DNA of 64,000 bases. Origin: Callorhinchus milii (taxonomy: Eukaryota). Position 1 is the stretch's first letter; every line of letters starts with the position of its first letter. Below the pieces are notes generated by a model that saw nothing but the letters and a program-made list of their open reading frames with translations, made no database searches and had not been told where the DNA came from. Made by a program: the position numbers and the translations under genes. This document shows, one piece after another, positions 52,455-64,000 of the stretch. Location: the NCBI RefSeq assembly GCF_018977255.1, contig NW_024704742.1:118794001-118858000 (forward strand). Reading direction: 5' to 3'.

Positions 52455-53105
52455 TACAATACAAAATTACATTTGTAAAGCGCCTTTCACGGCGGGAGTA
52501 TGTCCCAAGATGCTGAACAGTTAGAGATTAGGACCCGAGCGGGGAGAGGGGTGTTGGGATCAGGGAGGGTGGAGGGCAGAGAGGGTAGGAGGGTGACCGA
52601 AAGCACGGTCGAAGAGGAGAGTCTTGAGGTGTGCCTTGAAGGAAGCAAGGGAGGGAGGGAGGCAAAGAGAATGTGGGATGGAGTTCCAAAGGGTGGGGGC
52701 AGAGAGGCTGAAGGCCCAACTGCCGATGGTAGGGTAGGCTGGGCGGGGGAGATAATAATAATAATAATAATAATAATATGGAGATGGAGCAGGCTGGAGC
52801 CTGCTGAACGGAGGGAGCAGACAGGTTGATAAGGAATCAGCAGATCAGAGAGGTAGGTGGGGTAAGACCATCAAGGGCCTTGAAAGTGATGACAAGGACT
52901 TTCAACTCAATCCTCTGAGGGACGGGGAGCCAGTGGAGCTGGGCGAGGGTGGGTTTGATGGGGTTATGGAGCCTGGTGCAGGAGAGGGCATGAGCTGCAG
53001 AGTTTTGGATGATCTGCAGCTTGTTGAGGGAAGAATTGGGAAGGCCGTCAAGCAGGGAGTTGGCATAATCGAGCCTGGAAGTAATGAAGGCATGTATGAG
53101 GGTAT
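52455..53105 (-). mobile_element. Older L2 3' fragment, abutted by a SINE at its 5' end
   Basis: HAFITSRLDYANSLL and LHWLPVPQRIELK motifs, plus L2 tail. Confidence 0.88.
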
Positions 53106-53111
53106 TGAAAG

Positions 53112-53484
53112 AATAATAATAATCCTTGCATTTGATATAGCGTTTTATCACATTTTCAAGACGTCTCAAAGTGGTTCACAGAGTAAACTGTAAAGCTATT
53201 TGACTGTATATCTTGTGGCCAAAATAGGGCAGCCAGTTGCACACAGCGGTGTCCCACAAACAGTCATGGATTGAAGTGACCAATTTATTATTATTAGTTT
53301 TTTTAATTATTATCCCCGGAAAAGTGATCCACCAATCGACTAACAACCAGATTCCTACTTACTGCTAGGTAAATCGAGGCATGTAGAGTAAAGAAACTTG
53401 CCCAGTGTTTTGCCGTGCTGGGAATTGAACCCAGATCCTCTCGCTTGTGAGGTGAGTGCTCTAATCACTAAGCTACAGGCTCCC
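53112..53484 (-). mobile_element. tRNA-SINE, long form (left arm of an inverted pair)
   Basis: Full-length copy on the minus strand. Confidence 0.88.
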
Positions 53485-53554
53485 ACCTTTGCCAATCCAC
53501 ATATGCCAATATCATATGCCAATCTCTAAAAATAGCAATCTTTTCATTACATCT

Positions 53555-53925
53555 TCCTGTAGCTCAGTGGTTAGAGCATTTGACTTGCAATCGAGAGGAT
53601 CTAGGTTCGATTCCTGGGCAGGGCAAAACCTTAGGCAAGTTTCCTTACTCCACACGCCTCTATTTACCTAGCAGTAAGTAGGGACCCGGTTGCTAGTCGA
53701 TTGGTGGATCACTTTTCTGGGGGTAATAATTCCTTCAAAAAAATAATAATAATGAATTGGTCACTTCAATCCACGACTGTTTGTGGGACACTGCTGTGCA
53801 CAATTGGTTGCTCCGTTTTGCCCACAAAATATACAGTCAAATCACTTTACAGTATATTCTGTGAAGTGCTTTGAGACGTCTCAAAGACATGTTAAGCTGC
53901 TATATCAAATTCAAGGATTATTTTT
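53555..53925 (+). mobile_element. tRNA-SINE, long form (right arm of an inverted pair)
   Basis: Full-length copy on the plus strand. Confidence 0.88.
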
Positions 53926-55145
53926 ATCTTTATAATGTCACACACACCAATGCCATTATAACACCCCCAGCACTGGTAGTATCAATGTTCATTCACAAAA
54001 ACACACATCATTACACTTTATAGTATATCCTGTGAAGTGCTTTGACATGTTCTTCCGATGTGAAAGGTGATATACTAAATGTAAGGATTATTATTGGTTC
54101 TCTTGGTTTCATAAGAAAATCTAATCTTTCTTCCATCCCTTCCATGACGGGACAACATGATCTGATAGGTCTGAGATTATCCATACAAATTATCATAAAT
54201 TTAGCCCTTGTGTTTTGGGGTAGTGAAGGCCCTATTAGTTGTCTTTCATTCAGTTATAAAGTCTGGGCTGCTGCTTGTTAAACACTTTGCCACAATTGTG
54301 TAACATGTTGTCAAGTAGTGTAAGATTTGAATACCAGGCCCATTTAAATCAGCTTCTTATAATAGATACAACAACAACAACTTGCATTTATATAGTGCCC
54401 TTCACTTGGATAACCGTCTAAAGTGAAGAAATAGAGGTGACATTTTATTTCTTCCCATCTTTTGGAGCCATTCCTCTCCTCAGCCTCCTGTTACATATTG
54501 TTACCGAACAGTTTTACTCCTCTTCGCATTCCTCAATTGTCCTGCTCAAACTGTTCAAATTATAGCAGCCAGAACCTCAATGGAATCTCAGAGTAACAAG
54601 TTGTCAAACCTAACATTGATGCACTGGTTCCTGTGGATGTGTTAGTTACTGCTGATAGCAGGACTGGCACTAGCACGGATGCTGTTATATGAACACAGCA
54701 CAATTTTTTTTATTAAGAAAGCTTGTGAGGAGCCACGGGATACCATCAAGGTTGAAAAGAATATCATAGAATTATAATAGAATTATACAGCACAGAAAGA
54801 GGCCATTCGGACCATCGTGTCTGTGGCGGCTCTTTGAAAAGTGCTATATAATTCAATCCCACTCCCCCGCTCTCACCCCATAGCCCTCATTTCCCTCCAG
54901 CCGGTATTCCTGAAAATCCAAAATGCCGTAAGTATAGGAGGTTTCCAATTTTTAGTCACAAGTGTGAACACAATTGTCCTTTGCAATTTATTATTCAATG
55001 ATTCATTTAATAGAACCTAGGAGAATATCATGTACTAAAAAAAATACGATATTGGCTTTTAATTGGAAAAACAGAACCAGTGATTAAAATTAATGAAAAC
55101 ATTCTTTAATTTCTAATAATAACCTTTGAATTTGATATAGTGCCT

Positions 55146-56601
55146 TCTCCAACCTCCCCTTCCTGTCCAAGGTCCTTGAAAGAGTTGTCGCCTCCCAGCT
55201 CCGCTCTTTCCTCTCCACCCATTCATTATTCGAACCCCTTCAGTCGGGTTTCCGTGCTGCCCATAGCACAGAAACTGCCCTGGTCAAGGTCACCAATGAC
55301 ATCCTGACCATCTGCAACCAGGGCTCCCTCTGCCTCCTCGTTCTCCTCGACCTATCGGCAGCATTCGATACGGTCAACCACGCTATCCTCCTCCACCGCT
55401 TGTCCTCCCACCTCAACCTTCAAGGCCCTGTCCTTGAGTGGTTTAGGTCGTACCTCTCCCACCGTCTTCATTTTGTTTCCACAAACGGCTTTTCCTCCGG
55501 CCCCCGCACTGTCTCGTGCGGTATCCCTCAGGGCTCTGTCCTCGGTCCCCTCCTCTTCACCCTCTATGTGCTCCCCCTCGGTGACATCATCCGCAGACAT
55601 AGGGTTAACTTCCACATGTATGCGGATGACACCCAACTCTACCTTTCCTCCTCTACCTTCAACTCTACGACTACCGATGTCCTGACAGCTGCCTGTCTGA
55701 CATCGAGTCCTGGACGAGAGACAACTTTCTTCAGCTCAATGTGCGCAAAACTGAGGCCCTCCTGATTGGCTCACGTCAGCGCCTCCGCACCTCAGGCGCT
55801 GACAGCATCAGCATCCAAGGCTGCACTCTCCACCTCTCAAAGTCAGTCAGGAACCTTGGTGTTCTGTTCGACCCTGAGCTGTCTCTCCCTCATATCTGCG
55901 CCACAACTGGCACCACCTTCCATCACCTCCGAAACATCGCCAGACTACGGCACTACCTCACCCCTCACGCTGCTGAAACTCTGGTCCACGCCTTTATCAC
56001 CTCAAGGCTGGACTATGGGAACTCTCTCCTCGTCGGCCTTCCCGGCACCTCCCTCCACAAGCTGCAGGTCATTCAGAACTCTGCAGCTCGTGTACTGTCC
56101 CGCACCAGGCTTCGGGACCACATCACTCCCACCCTCGCTCACCTCCACTGGCTCCCCATCCCCCAGAGGATCGAATTCAAGATCCTCATCCTCACCTACA
56201 AGGCCATTCACAGCCTTGCTCCCTCCTACCTCTCTGACCTACTATCCCCCTACCTACCTGCCCGTACCCTCCGTTCCTCTGGCTCTGGTCTGCTCCACAT
56301 CCCCCGCCCCAACCGCCCTACCATCGGTGGTCGGGCCTTCAGCCTCTCAACACCTAGGCTCTGGAACTCTAGCCCCAGTGCCTTCGCCTTGCTTCCTCCC
56401 TTTCCTCTTTCAAGGCCGGTCTCAAGACTTTTCTCTTTGACCGTGCCTTCAGCTCCCCTCTCAACTCTCTACCCCCTCCTCACCCCCTCCCTTCCCTCCC
56501 CCTGACCATTTCCCCCCTGCTCGGGTCCTGATCCAACTGTACAGCGCCTTGGGACATCCTCCCGACGTGAAAGGCGCTCTATAAATGGAATCTTGTTGTT
56601 A
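55146..56601 (+). mobile_element. L2 LINE, 5'-truncated (RT, C-terminus and tail), same young subfamily
   Basis: [26 protein letters not shown] and RAFS..APRLWN-like motifs. Ends in ...aaatggaatcttgttgtt. Confidence 0.95.
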
Positions 56602-57418
56602 TTCTGTCATTGAAACATTTCAAAGAATTTTGAAGGATTTACTGTAAAATGTAGTGACGATATTTGTGGGCGAACGTGACAATCAATTTGCACAGAGCAA
56701 CATCCCTCAAACAGCCAATGTAGTGAATGACCAACTTTATTGTTGGGATTGTTGTCACAATCCCCTTCTCCTTCTCTTTTTGAATAGTGCAACTGAAAAG
56801 GTTCAGATGGGACCTCTGTTTAACATCTCATTCAAAGGATAGCCTTTCTGACAGTGTCTCTCAAGCATTGCATTGGAGTGTCATACTCTTAGTATAGACT
56901 AACTACTCCCAACGATAGAGTTTCAATACAAAATAATTTAGATTAGATTGAAATTCCGATGTTTCGAGTAGCCCCTTTGGTGATGTATGATTGTGATGGA
57001 GCAATCCCAACAGCCCCTGACATTGGCAAAGGCATTACACCAGAATTTTAGTCCAAACATTTGTTGCCCATGGGAGATACCATTGGTTTCATTAATTATG
57101 GTTTCATTATGCCCTCTGGGATGCTACCTTGTGTGAAAGGCGCTATATTGATGCAAGTTGTTGTTATTAATTATGTTCCTTCCAGTGGAAACTTGTCATT
57201 CTCGGTCTCTTCTCAAACCATCTTAATTGATACAGTTGCTCCAATGACATATGTTATGGGTGAACTATGAAATATCATGACGTAGAATCATCAGAATTGG
57301 TGCTGTCAAACTGCAAGTTATTTCTTCATGCAAATCAAGACCTACTATGTTCCTTCTGCTATATTATTTGTATTGGGTGCTTATGTTCTTTTGAATGTTA
57401 ATGTTCTTTTATTTACAG

Positions 57419-57666
57419 CCAGTCTTCGTTACTTAAAGAATGATGGTAGACTGCACGTGACCACCTTCAGCAATGTCCAGCTGGCTGACGGGAAGCGCCA
57501 TGCCGTTCTACTACAGATAAAGGGCCTGCAGCATGGACCGATCGCAGCTGAGCTCTATGTGGACTGCACACAAGTTAGCTCTGCTCGCAATTTGCCACCG
57601 TTATTCACAAACATGCCACAGACTGCAAACTCCATTGAAATCCGAACAATCCAGAGACGAGCACAG
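57419..57666 (+). CDS. THBS4: Thrombospondin-4 exon 3 (SLRYLKNDGRLH...LADGKRH...ELYVDC...IEIRTIQRRAQ); gene continues beyond the window
   Basis: tttacag acceptor, inside ORF 57328..57690. Contains LRYLKNDG, LADGxRH and ELYxDC motifs. The 3' end is placed at a probable GC donor (CAG|gcacgt). Confidence 0.9.
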
Positions 57667-58702
57667 GCACGTATACAAACTCTTATTTAATTTGAGCAGC
57701 TTTCACTTATTTGGGAGGGGGTGTGGGGTGGGTGGGTGGAGGAGGTGATCATTTTCATTTCAATACATTTTTGAACAAGCTGGTAATAATTCAAAAGGGA
57801 ACATACGAACAGGATTAAGCTATCTACATTGTTGAACCAGCCTTGCTGTTTTATTAGATCAAGGCAGATATTTTAATCTAATTTCACTAATTCAGTGGTT
57901 CTCAAACAATTTTGTTGGGGTTGTGGGCTCACTGTGGCTGCACAAAATTATGTGGGTGGCGGCATTTGAAAATTGCTGCTAATTCCCCTCAGTACATTTG
58001 CCAAGTATCTATCTATTTTCCTTTTATGCATCCCAATAAATTTCACATCTGTGGTAAAGGATGTGTGAAAATGAGAATAACAGAAATGGTGTAAGTAATG
58101 TATCGCTGGTGGGTTCAGGGAACATCATAATCTACAAAAGTGAAACTCAGGCCATTTGAAGCTTGAAATAAAAATATTTTCAGTGTAATCATTTTTACCT
58201 CTCACATTTCCATAATATACATGTCAGCATTATATGAAATGTTAAATATTAACTGTGATTTTTTATTACCACCTGTGGAAGCTGTTTCCTCTTGGCATCA
58301 ACAGCAGCTCCTCCCCCACTGACTGTGGCCAACATCTGGTCCATTCATTTGATACGAGATGATATTCTCAGTGAAAGATTACATTTTCTGGGATCGCTGC
58401 AGGATCATTAGAATTAACTGTGCTTTGGAGTACCATAAAATAACAGTGTAACAAAAACAGAAACTCTGGAAACAATAAGTCAATTGTCACCTGAAAACAA
58501 CAGATAGGCCATTATTTGGGGCAATAGACCTTCATCAGAAGGTTGCCAATGAAAGATTATAGCCCAAATAATTCTCTGAAACATTTTTGGAAAAAGCCAA
58601 TAATATGATGATGAAGATAATAATAATCTTAATCCTTGCATTTGATATAGCATTTTATCATGTCATTCCAATGTCTCAGAGAGCTTCACAGGATTTAATT
58701 GT

Positions 58703-59345
58703 ACAACAACAACAACAACAACTTGGATTTATATAGTGCCCTCCACGCCGGACGGCGTCTCAGAGCATTTTACAGTAACGGATTACAGAGAGAGGGGGAG
58801 GAAGATGACCAAAGCTCCGGTCGAAAAGAAAGGTCTTCAGCAGAGACCTGAAAATAGGAAGGGAGGGAGTGAGACGAAAGAAATGAGGAAGGCAGTTCCA
58901 GAGCCTTGGGGCATAGCGGCTGAAGGCACGACCGCCGAGGGTGGAGCGGAGGACTCGGGGGACGAGGAGGAGGCCAGACCCAGAGGAACGAAGGCAACGG
59001 GTACTGTTTTGAGGAGAGAGGAGGTCAGAGAGGTAGGAGGGTGCAGAGGAGTGCAGGGACTTGAATAGAAGGGTGAGGATCTTGAAATCGATCCTCTCTG
59101 GGATAGGCAGCCAGTGCAGTCTGGCAAGGACTGGGGTAATTGGGGAGCAGAGTTTTGTGCAGGTGAGAATGCGGGCGGCAGAGTTTTGAATGATTTGGAT
59201 TTTACGGATGGTAGTGGATGGGAGACCGGTCAGGAGGGCGTTGGAGTAGTCCACCCAAGGCATGGACCAGGGTTTCAGCGGCTTTTGGGGAGAGGTATTG
59301 GCGGATACGGGCGATGCGTTGGAGGTGGTAGAAGGCGGTGCTGGT
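58703..59345 (-). mobile_element. L2 3' fragment of a distinct subfamily (variant tail)
   Basis: ORF 58760..59416 has VDYSNALL, QNSAARIL, LHWLPIPERIDFKIL and RAFSRYAPRLWN. (CAA)n tail. Confidence 0.88.
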
Positions 59346-59794
59346 AAAATTGTAAAATGTTGACTGTGTATTTGGAGATGAATGCCACAGCTAATTTGCC
59401 CATGGCAGTGTCCCACAAACAGCCATGAAGGGAATTACCAATTTCAACTGGAGGCTTCTTGGCCAGGACATTGGGAGAAACTTCCTTCACTTTTCAAGTA
59501 GCCCCATGAGATCTTTCATGAGATCTGTTCATCTGAACAGGCAGATGGTCCATTAGTATCAATACTATGTTCTGCCTGCCCGAAATGTTAGTCCTTTTTG
59601 TCTCAAATCTTGATTGATCTTCTGTGGATGTCCAGGATTCTGTTTGGGTTAAGATTTACAGGGTTTCCAGTTTTTCCATTTTATTTCTAATACTACTCCT
59701 GAACATATTAGAACATAAAAACATAAGAATTTGTTAGGCGAAAGAAGACCAAGATCCATCTAGTTCACCTTCCACCATCCTGGCAGTAACTTCA

Positions 59795-62700
59795 CATGTC
59801 GTGTCCCAAACTACATAACTCACACGGGGGGCGGCGGCAGGACAGCGCGGGGAGGAGCCTGGGCCTACCTACCCAGGTACTTAAGCTCGACGAGGCAGGG
59901 AGTGCAGCTAGGGGGTGTGGGGCTGAGAGGGAACAGGTGGGGCGGAGCGGTGGAACCGCTCAGGAGTGTGCGCACGCAACAACAACAACAACAAAAAAAA
60001 ACCCTGCGCCCCCCCACCCCCAGCGCTCAGAGCCCACCATGGTCCTGTTGGGTTGGCTGCCCCAGCCCCAGCCTACGGGATAATGCCATCAACCTGACCG
60101 CTCGCTCCTGGTCCCCGCGTGCGCACTATGGCTGCCGCTTTGACCCGAGCCCCCTCACCCTCTCCCTCCCTCCCCCCTCCTCTCTATCCCCAAACCCTCC
60201 CCTCTCTGCATCTCTCCCGCTCTGTCCTCCTCTTTCTCTGTCCCTCTCGCCTTCTATCCCCACTTGACCCTCCTACAACCTCCCTCTGTTCCAGCCTGGG
60301 AATCCTCCGCCGGGCTCACCGTGGCACTCGGCGTTGGCTGTCCAGCAGCAGCCACACTGACTGCCCCATTCCCCACCACACTCGCCAGCCACCCTGGACA
60401 CAGACCCGGGGAGCCACCCTCTCCTCCCTTATCCGCATTTCCCCCACCCCTGCCTCACAACCTGGACCCCCCTCCCCCCGCACACACGCTTCTGTCAACC
60501 GCTCCATCCACATCGGACTACAAAACGTCCACTCCCTCTGTAACAAGGCCCTGGTCATCAACGATCTCATCCTTGATGAGAGCATTGACATCATGGCCTT
60601 AACAGAAACCTGGCTCACCCCAGGCGACACCTTCCCCCTCACAGAGGCCACACCACCCGGCTACACCTCCCACCACATCCCTCGCCCCAACCGCCGTGGC
60701 GGTGGTGTTGCCCTTATCTCAAGGACACCACTTGCCCTATCCCCCTACTCCTCTGGCTCTTTCCCCTCTTTTGAGCACCTCACCCTCTCCCACCCCTCCT
60801 TCCTCTCACTTAAAATCCTCCTCCTCTACCGGCCCCCTAAAACCTCTCCCACCTTCATCTCCGATATTTCGACACTTCTTACATCTCTCTGCCTCTGCTC
60901 TGATCGCCTCATCATCCTGGGCGACTTTAACCTGCACTTCACCCCCTCCTGCTCCATCTCCTCAGACTTCTCTTCCCTGCTCTCCTCGCTCAACCTCTCC
61001 CTCCACATCAACTCCCCCACTCACAGTCACGGCCACCCACTCGACTTGGTGATCACCCGGGGCCTCAGTGTCTCGGATGTCACTATCACCGACAAGGCCG
61101 TCTCCGACCACCACTTCATCTCCTTCACCACCTCCACCCCCCTCCCCACCTCCACCAGACCCACCACCATCTTCTACCGCCCCTGGAAGAAGTTAACCCC
61201 ACAATCCCTAACCGCTGCCTTGGAGTCCTCTGAACTCCTCTCCCTCTGGCCTTCAACCCTCACTGACCCCACTTCTGCTCTCACCCTCCTCCACAACACC
61301 CTCTCCTCCACATTTGACTCTCTTGCCCCCATCACCTCCCGTACTGTCTCCTACTCTCGCTCCTTCCCCTGGTTCACCACCCACCTCCGCTCACTGAAGT
61401 GCCAGGTGCGGGCCGCTGAACGCACCTGCATCAAATCTGGCCTAACGGTCCACCGACAAATCTGGCTGGACCTCCTCAAAATCTACCGCTCCACTCTAGC
61501 CTCGGCCAAGTCGTCCTTCTACTCCAGGATAATCCTGGAGGCGAAGAACAACCCCAGGCTACTGTTTTCTACCACATCCCGACTCCTCCGTCCCCCCCGC
61601 CACCCCGCGCAGGTCATCTCCTCCAACCTTCACTGCGAGGAGATGCTGGATTTCCTTGAATCCAAAATCAAGGGAATTCGCTCCGCGGTCACTTCCCCTC
61701 CAACATCCACCCACCACCCACCCCTTCCCTCCCACACTCCGACTCCTACCCATCCTCCCCTACACACTTCGTACCCGTTTCCCCACCCTCTGTCACCAAA
61801 CTCATCCTATCCCTGAAACCCACCACCTGCTCCCTTGACCCCATCCCCACTCCACTCCTTATCTCCCAGCTCCACCTCCTTGCCCCACATATCACAGACA
61901 TCGTCAACCTGTCCCTCTCCTCTGGCTCTGTTCCCATTCCCTTAAAAACTGCCACCATCACTCCCACCTTGAAAAAACCCTCCCTTGATGCGTCGCAGCT
62001 ATCAAGCTACCGGCCCATCTCCAACCTCCCCTTCCTGTCCAAGGTCTTGGAACGAGTTGTCGCCTCCCAGCTGCGCTCTTTCCTCTCCACCCATTCATTA
62101 TTCGAACCCCTTCAGTCGGGTTTCCGTGCTGCCCATAGCACAGAAACTGCCCTGGTCAAGGTCACCAATGACATCCTGACCATCTGTGACCAGGGCTCCC
62201 TCTGCCTCCTCGTCCTCCTCGACCTATCGGCAGCATTCGATACGGTCGACCACGCTATCCTCCTCCACCGCTTGTCCTCCCACCTCAACCTTCAAGGCCC
62301 TGTCCTTGAGTGGTTTAGGTCGTACCTCTCCCACCGTCTTCACTTTGTCTCCACGAACGGCTTTTCCTCCGCCCCCGCACTGTCTCGTGCAGTGTCCCTC
62401 AGGGCTCTGTCCTCGGTCCCCTCCTCTTCACCCTCTATATGCTCCCCCTTGGTGACATCATCCGCAGACATGGGGTTAACTTCCACATGTATGCGGATGA
62501 CACCCAACTCTACCTTTCCTCCTCTACCCTCAACTCCACGACCACCGATGTCCTGACAGCTGCCTGTCCGACATCGAGTCCTGGACGAGAGACAACTTTC
62601 TTCAGCTCAACGTGCGCAAAACTGAGGCCCTCCTGATTGGCTCACGTCAGCGCCTCCGCACCTCAGGCGCTGACAGCATCAGCATCCAAGGCTGCACTCT

Positions 62701-62907
62701 CCACCTCTCAAAGCCAGTCAGGAACCTCGGGGTTCTGTTCGACCCTGAGCTGTCCTTTCTCCCTCATATCCGCGCCATAACTGGCACCGCCTTCCATCAC
62801 CTCCGGAACATCGCCAGACTACGGCACTACCTCACCCCTCACGCTGCTGAAACTCTGGTCCACGCCTTTATCACCTCAAGGCTGGACTATGGGAACTCTC
62901 TCCTCGT
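59795..62907 (+). mobile_element. Near-full-length single-ORF L2 LINE (GC-rich leader, APE, RT), 3' end missing
   Basis: ORF 60119..61816 carries APE motifs QNVHSL, TETWL, GGGV, YRPP, GDFN, LDL and SDH. RT lies in 61969-62907. The 5' boundary is approximate. Confidence 0.93.
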
Positions 62908-63260
62908 TCTGAATTTAGTCCCCTCGAATCGCAGGCCGTGTCCTTTGTGTCCCTATATTAGATAAGAGGCTTCCATCCATGGACTGGCTGACTGTAGAAT
63001 GTAAGATAGCTAGGATTCAGTGTCAATCCTTCCTTTCTTCCCTTCAGCAAAATAAGGAAAAGGAAAGCTGTTGGGAATCAATCATAACCCAGCTTGCACA
63101 CTCTCATCTAATTATTCCATATTTTACCATTACTGGACAAGTCATTGGTTAGGACTCTGGACCTTGAATAGCATATTCTGTGTTACACTGAATAAACTCT
63201 TGTCTACTGTCTTGTTCTGATCAAGTGGCCCATTTTCTTCTTAAGGTGCTATATTAAGGT

Positions 63261-63720
63261 GGTGTCAGCTTTGCTCACTCGGAATCAGAAAGTTGTGTGA
63301 TCAAGCCACCCATGAGGAATTGAGTTTATATTCTAGTCTGGCTCTCCAAAACAGTAATAATAATAATAATCCTTGCATTTGATATAGCACCTTTTCACGT
63401 CACAGAATAGAGTGTAAAATGAATTGACTGTAATATTTTGTGGGAGTACTGCATTGTCAGAGGTGGCATCATTCAGATGAATAAATTGAGGTCCTGTTTG
63501 TTCAGCTGCTGTTGAAAATCCCATTACACTATCAGAAAGATTGGAGTTTCTCCTGCTGTCTTGGCTAACAATCTTCCAGATTATTTGATGATTCATTGTG
63601 CGGCTATATATGTGACTTAATAGCCACAAATGGCTGCTGCATTTGTCTACAAAGACAGTAACTGCACTTGCCATTATTTGTGAAATGCTTTCATACATTC
63701 CACCATCACAAGGTAGTGAA
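63261..63720 (+). mobile_element. SacSINE1-like DeuSINE with a nested inverted SINE tail (about 63356-63445)
   Basis: gtgtcagctt head and gcattgtcagaggtg...aaatggctgctgcattt body. Confidence 0.65.
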
Positions 63721-63748
63721 AAAAGTTCTGTCTTCTGTATTTTAGGAT

Positions 63749-64000
63749 TATAATAAATAATAATAATCCTTGCACTTGATATAGCGCTTTTCACATCTTT
63801 GAGATGTCTCAAAACGCTTCACAGAATATATTGTAAAGTGAGTTGACTGTATATTTGTGGGCGAAACGTGGCAGCCAATTGCGCACAGCAGTATCCCACA
63901 AACAGTCATGGATTGAAATGACCAATTTATTTATTTTTCTTGAGGGATTATTATCAGGCATGTGGAGTAAAGAAACTTGCCCAAGGTTTCACCCTGCCGG
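63749..64000 (-). mobile_element. tRNA-SINE, short form, running off the window end
   Basis: Tail, Deu segment and CORE-like start. Confidence 0.85.

Noticed and set aside
57328..57690. Stand-alone 120-aa ORF
   Set aside because: It is THBS4 exon 3 plus in-frame intron sequence on both sides.

Overview
This is eukaryotic, repeat-rich vertebrate DNA, not prokaryotic. The repeat types (SacSINE1/Deu-type SINEs, L2 and CR1 LINEs) point to a cartilaginous fish, which is an inference. Two spliced genes were rebuilt by hand from splice sites and translation. The first is a complete 9-exon MTX3 (metaxin-3) on the minus strand (CDS 30558->18415, 927 nt, 308 aa). The second is the first three exons of THBS4 (thrombospondin-4) on the plus strand (47497->57666), transcribed head-to-head with MTX3. 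The rest is mostly retroelements: a young L2 LINE family (one near-full-length copy), older L2 and CR1 fragments, old SacSINE1-like SINEs, and an abundant younger tRNA-headed SINE. That SINE seems to combine a CORE-like segment, the 3' half of the Deu domain and an L2-type tail. Other points of interest are a covarying 3' stem-loop shared by SINE and LINE tails, a TTAA-flanked piggyBac-like non-autonomous element, a fragmented foldback element, a probable GC-AG donor in THBS4, tandem G-quadruplex repeats and a 1.5-kb GA tract at the MTX3 5' end, and a tight inverted SINE pair in THBS4 intron 2. Most long ORFs in the ORF track are low-complexity artefacts. Homology calls rest on remembered sequences, not database searches, and repeat boundaries are approximate.
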